64,000 nucleotides of DNA. Source: Prochlorococcus sp. AG-409-P03. GTDB lineage: Bacteria; Cyanobacteriota; Cyanobacteriia; PCC-6307; Cyanobiaceae. The stretch covers positions 9,159 to 73,158 of the forward strand of contig QCKN01000006.1 in the NCBI GenBank assembly GCA_003215295.1, in the 5' to 3' direction. A program made the translations under genes and the position numbers. This document shows, in pieces, positions 63,729 through 64,000 of the stretch (positions are counted from its first letter, which is position 1; each line of letters starts with the position of its first letter). The notes beneath the pieces are model-generated. The model worked only from the letters and a program-made list of their open reading frames with translations. It had not been told where the DNA came from and did no database searches.

Positions 63729-64000
63729 ATGAATAGTGCCAGTAAATCAGTTCGATTCTTAGTTCCTTTAGTTTTAATTGGAATCGCTTGGGTTCAGGAG
63801 CTAATTGATCAGGTCTGGTTTGGTGGGAATTGGAACCTTCTAATGGGAGGGGGGTATCCATGGTGGGGACTTTTTACCGCCCCTTTCAGTCACAGTGGAT
63901 TTATTCATTTGCTCTCAAACACACTTTTGTTTCTCCCTTTGAGCTGGTTCGTCCTTTCAAAAGGACTAGGTGATTACATCTCAGTTTGGGCCTGTGTTTT
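63729..64000 (+). CDS. Rhomboid-family intramembrane serine protease, N-terminal part (continues beyond the window end)
   Basis: Hand translation gives MNSASKSVRFLVPLVLIGIAWVQELIDQVWFGG...LFTAPFSHSGFIHLLSNTLLFLPLS. The H-x4-H-x3-N motif is typical of rhomboids. It is not in the ORF track because there is no stop inside the window. Confidence 0.65.
   Translation, partial: MNSASKSVRFLVPLVLIGIAWVQELIDQVWFGGNWNLLMGGGYPWWGLFTAPFSHSGFIHLLSNTLLFLPLSWFVLSKGLGDYISVWACV

Overview
This window looks like a chromosomal segment from a marine picocyanobacterium, most likely a low-light-adapted Prochlorococcus. That call rests on the 16S sequence, the gene content and the phycoerythrin-remnant genes. All protein identities come from motif recognition by eye; no database search was run.

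Gene layout, left to right:
- 1-1563: phycoerythrin-related genes, a partial CpeS-type bilin lyase and a PBS-linker-domain protein.
- 2.9-23.0 kb: a cell-surface glycan biosynthesis island of about 20 kb. It holds a WecA-like initiating transferase, six glycosyltransferases, two AsnB-type amidotransferases and an EpsG/Wzy-like polymerase. It also holds a module of NTP-transferase, GT2, HAD phosphatase and CofD/YvcK-like protein, plus an MsbA/PglK-type ABC exporter, a nucleotide-sugar dehydrogenase and an epimerase. The island ends next to tRNA-Phe and shows a sharp compositional mosaic.
- 23.3-41.7 kb: a housekeeping block with a DUF2470 protein, an FGGY kinase, metK, a HAD hydrolase, rpsA, nrdR, psbT-psbB, psbM, a thioesterase, prmC, tsaC, tRNA-Thr, minCDE, an HD hydrolase, ctpA, petBD and a neutral invertase.
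- 42.4-47.6 kb: a complete rRNA operon (16S, tRNA-Ile, tRNA-Ala, 23S, 5S).
- 47.8-53.2 kb: mutM, psaE, a Nif11-like small protein, a hypothetical protein, recQ and a LysM protein.
- 53.3-61.0 kb: a carbohydrate/glycerol cluster with an ALDH, two GH13 enzymes, glpD and glpK.
- 61.0-62.8 kb: an unusually gene-poor stretch of 1.8 kb.
- 62.8-64.0 kb: a membrane protein and a partial rhomboid protease.

No CRISPR array, transposase or integrase was seen.

The most interesting items:
- The CofD-like / NTP-transferase / HAD module inside the glycan island.
- A perfect 26-bp-arm palindrome that ends exactly at the start codon of the Nif11-like ORF.
- The gene-poor region, with antisense-overlapping mini-ORFs and hairpins.
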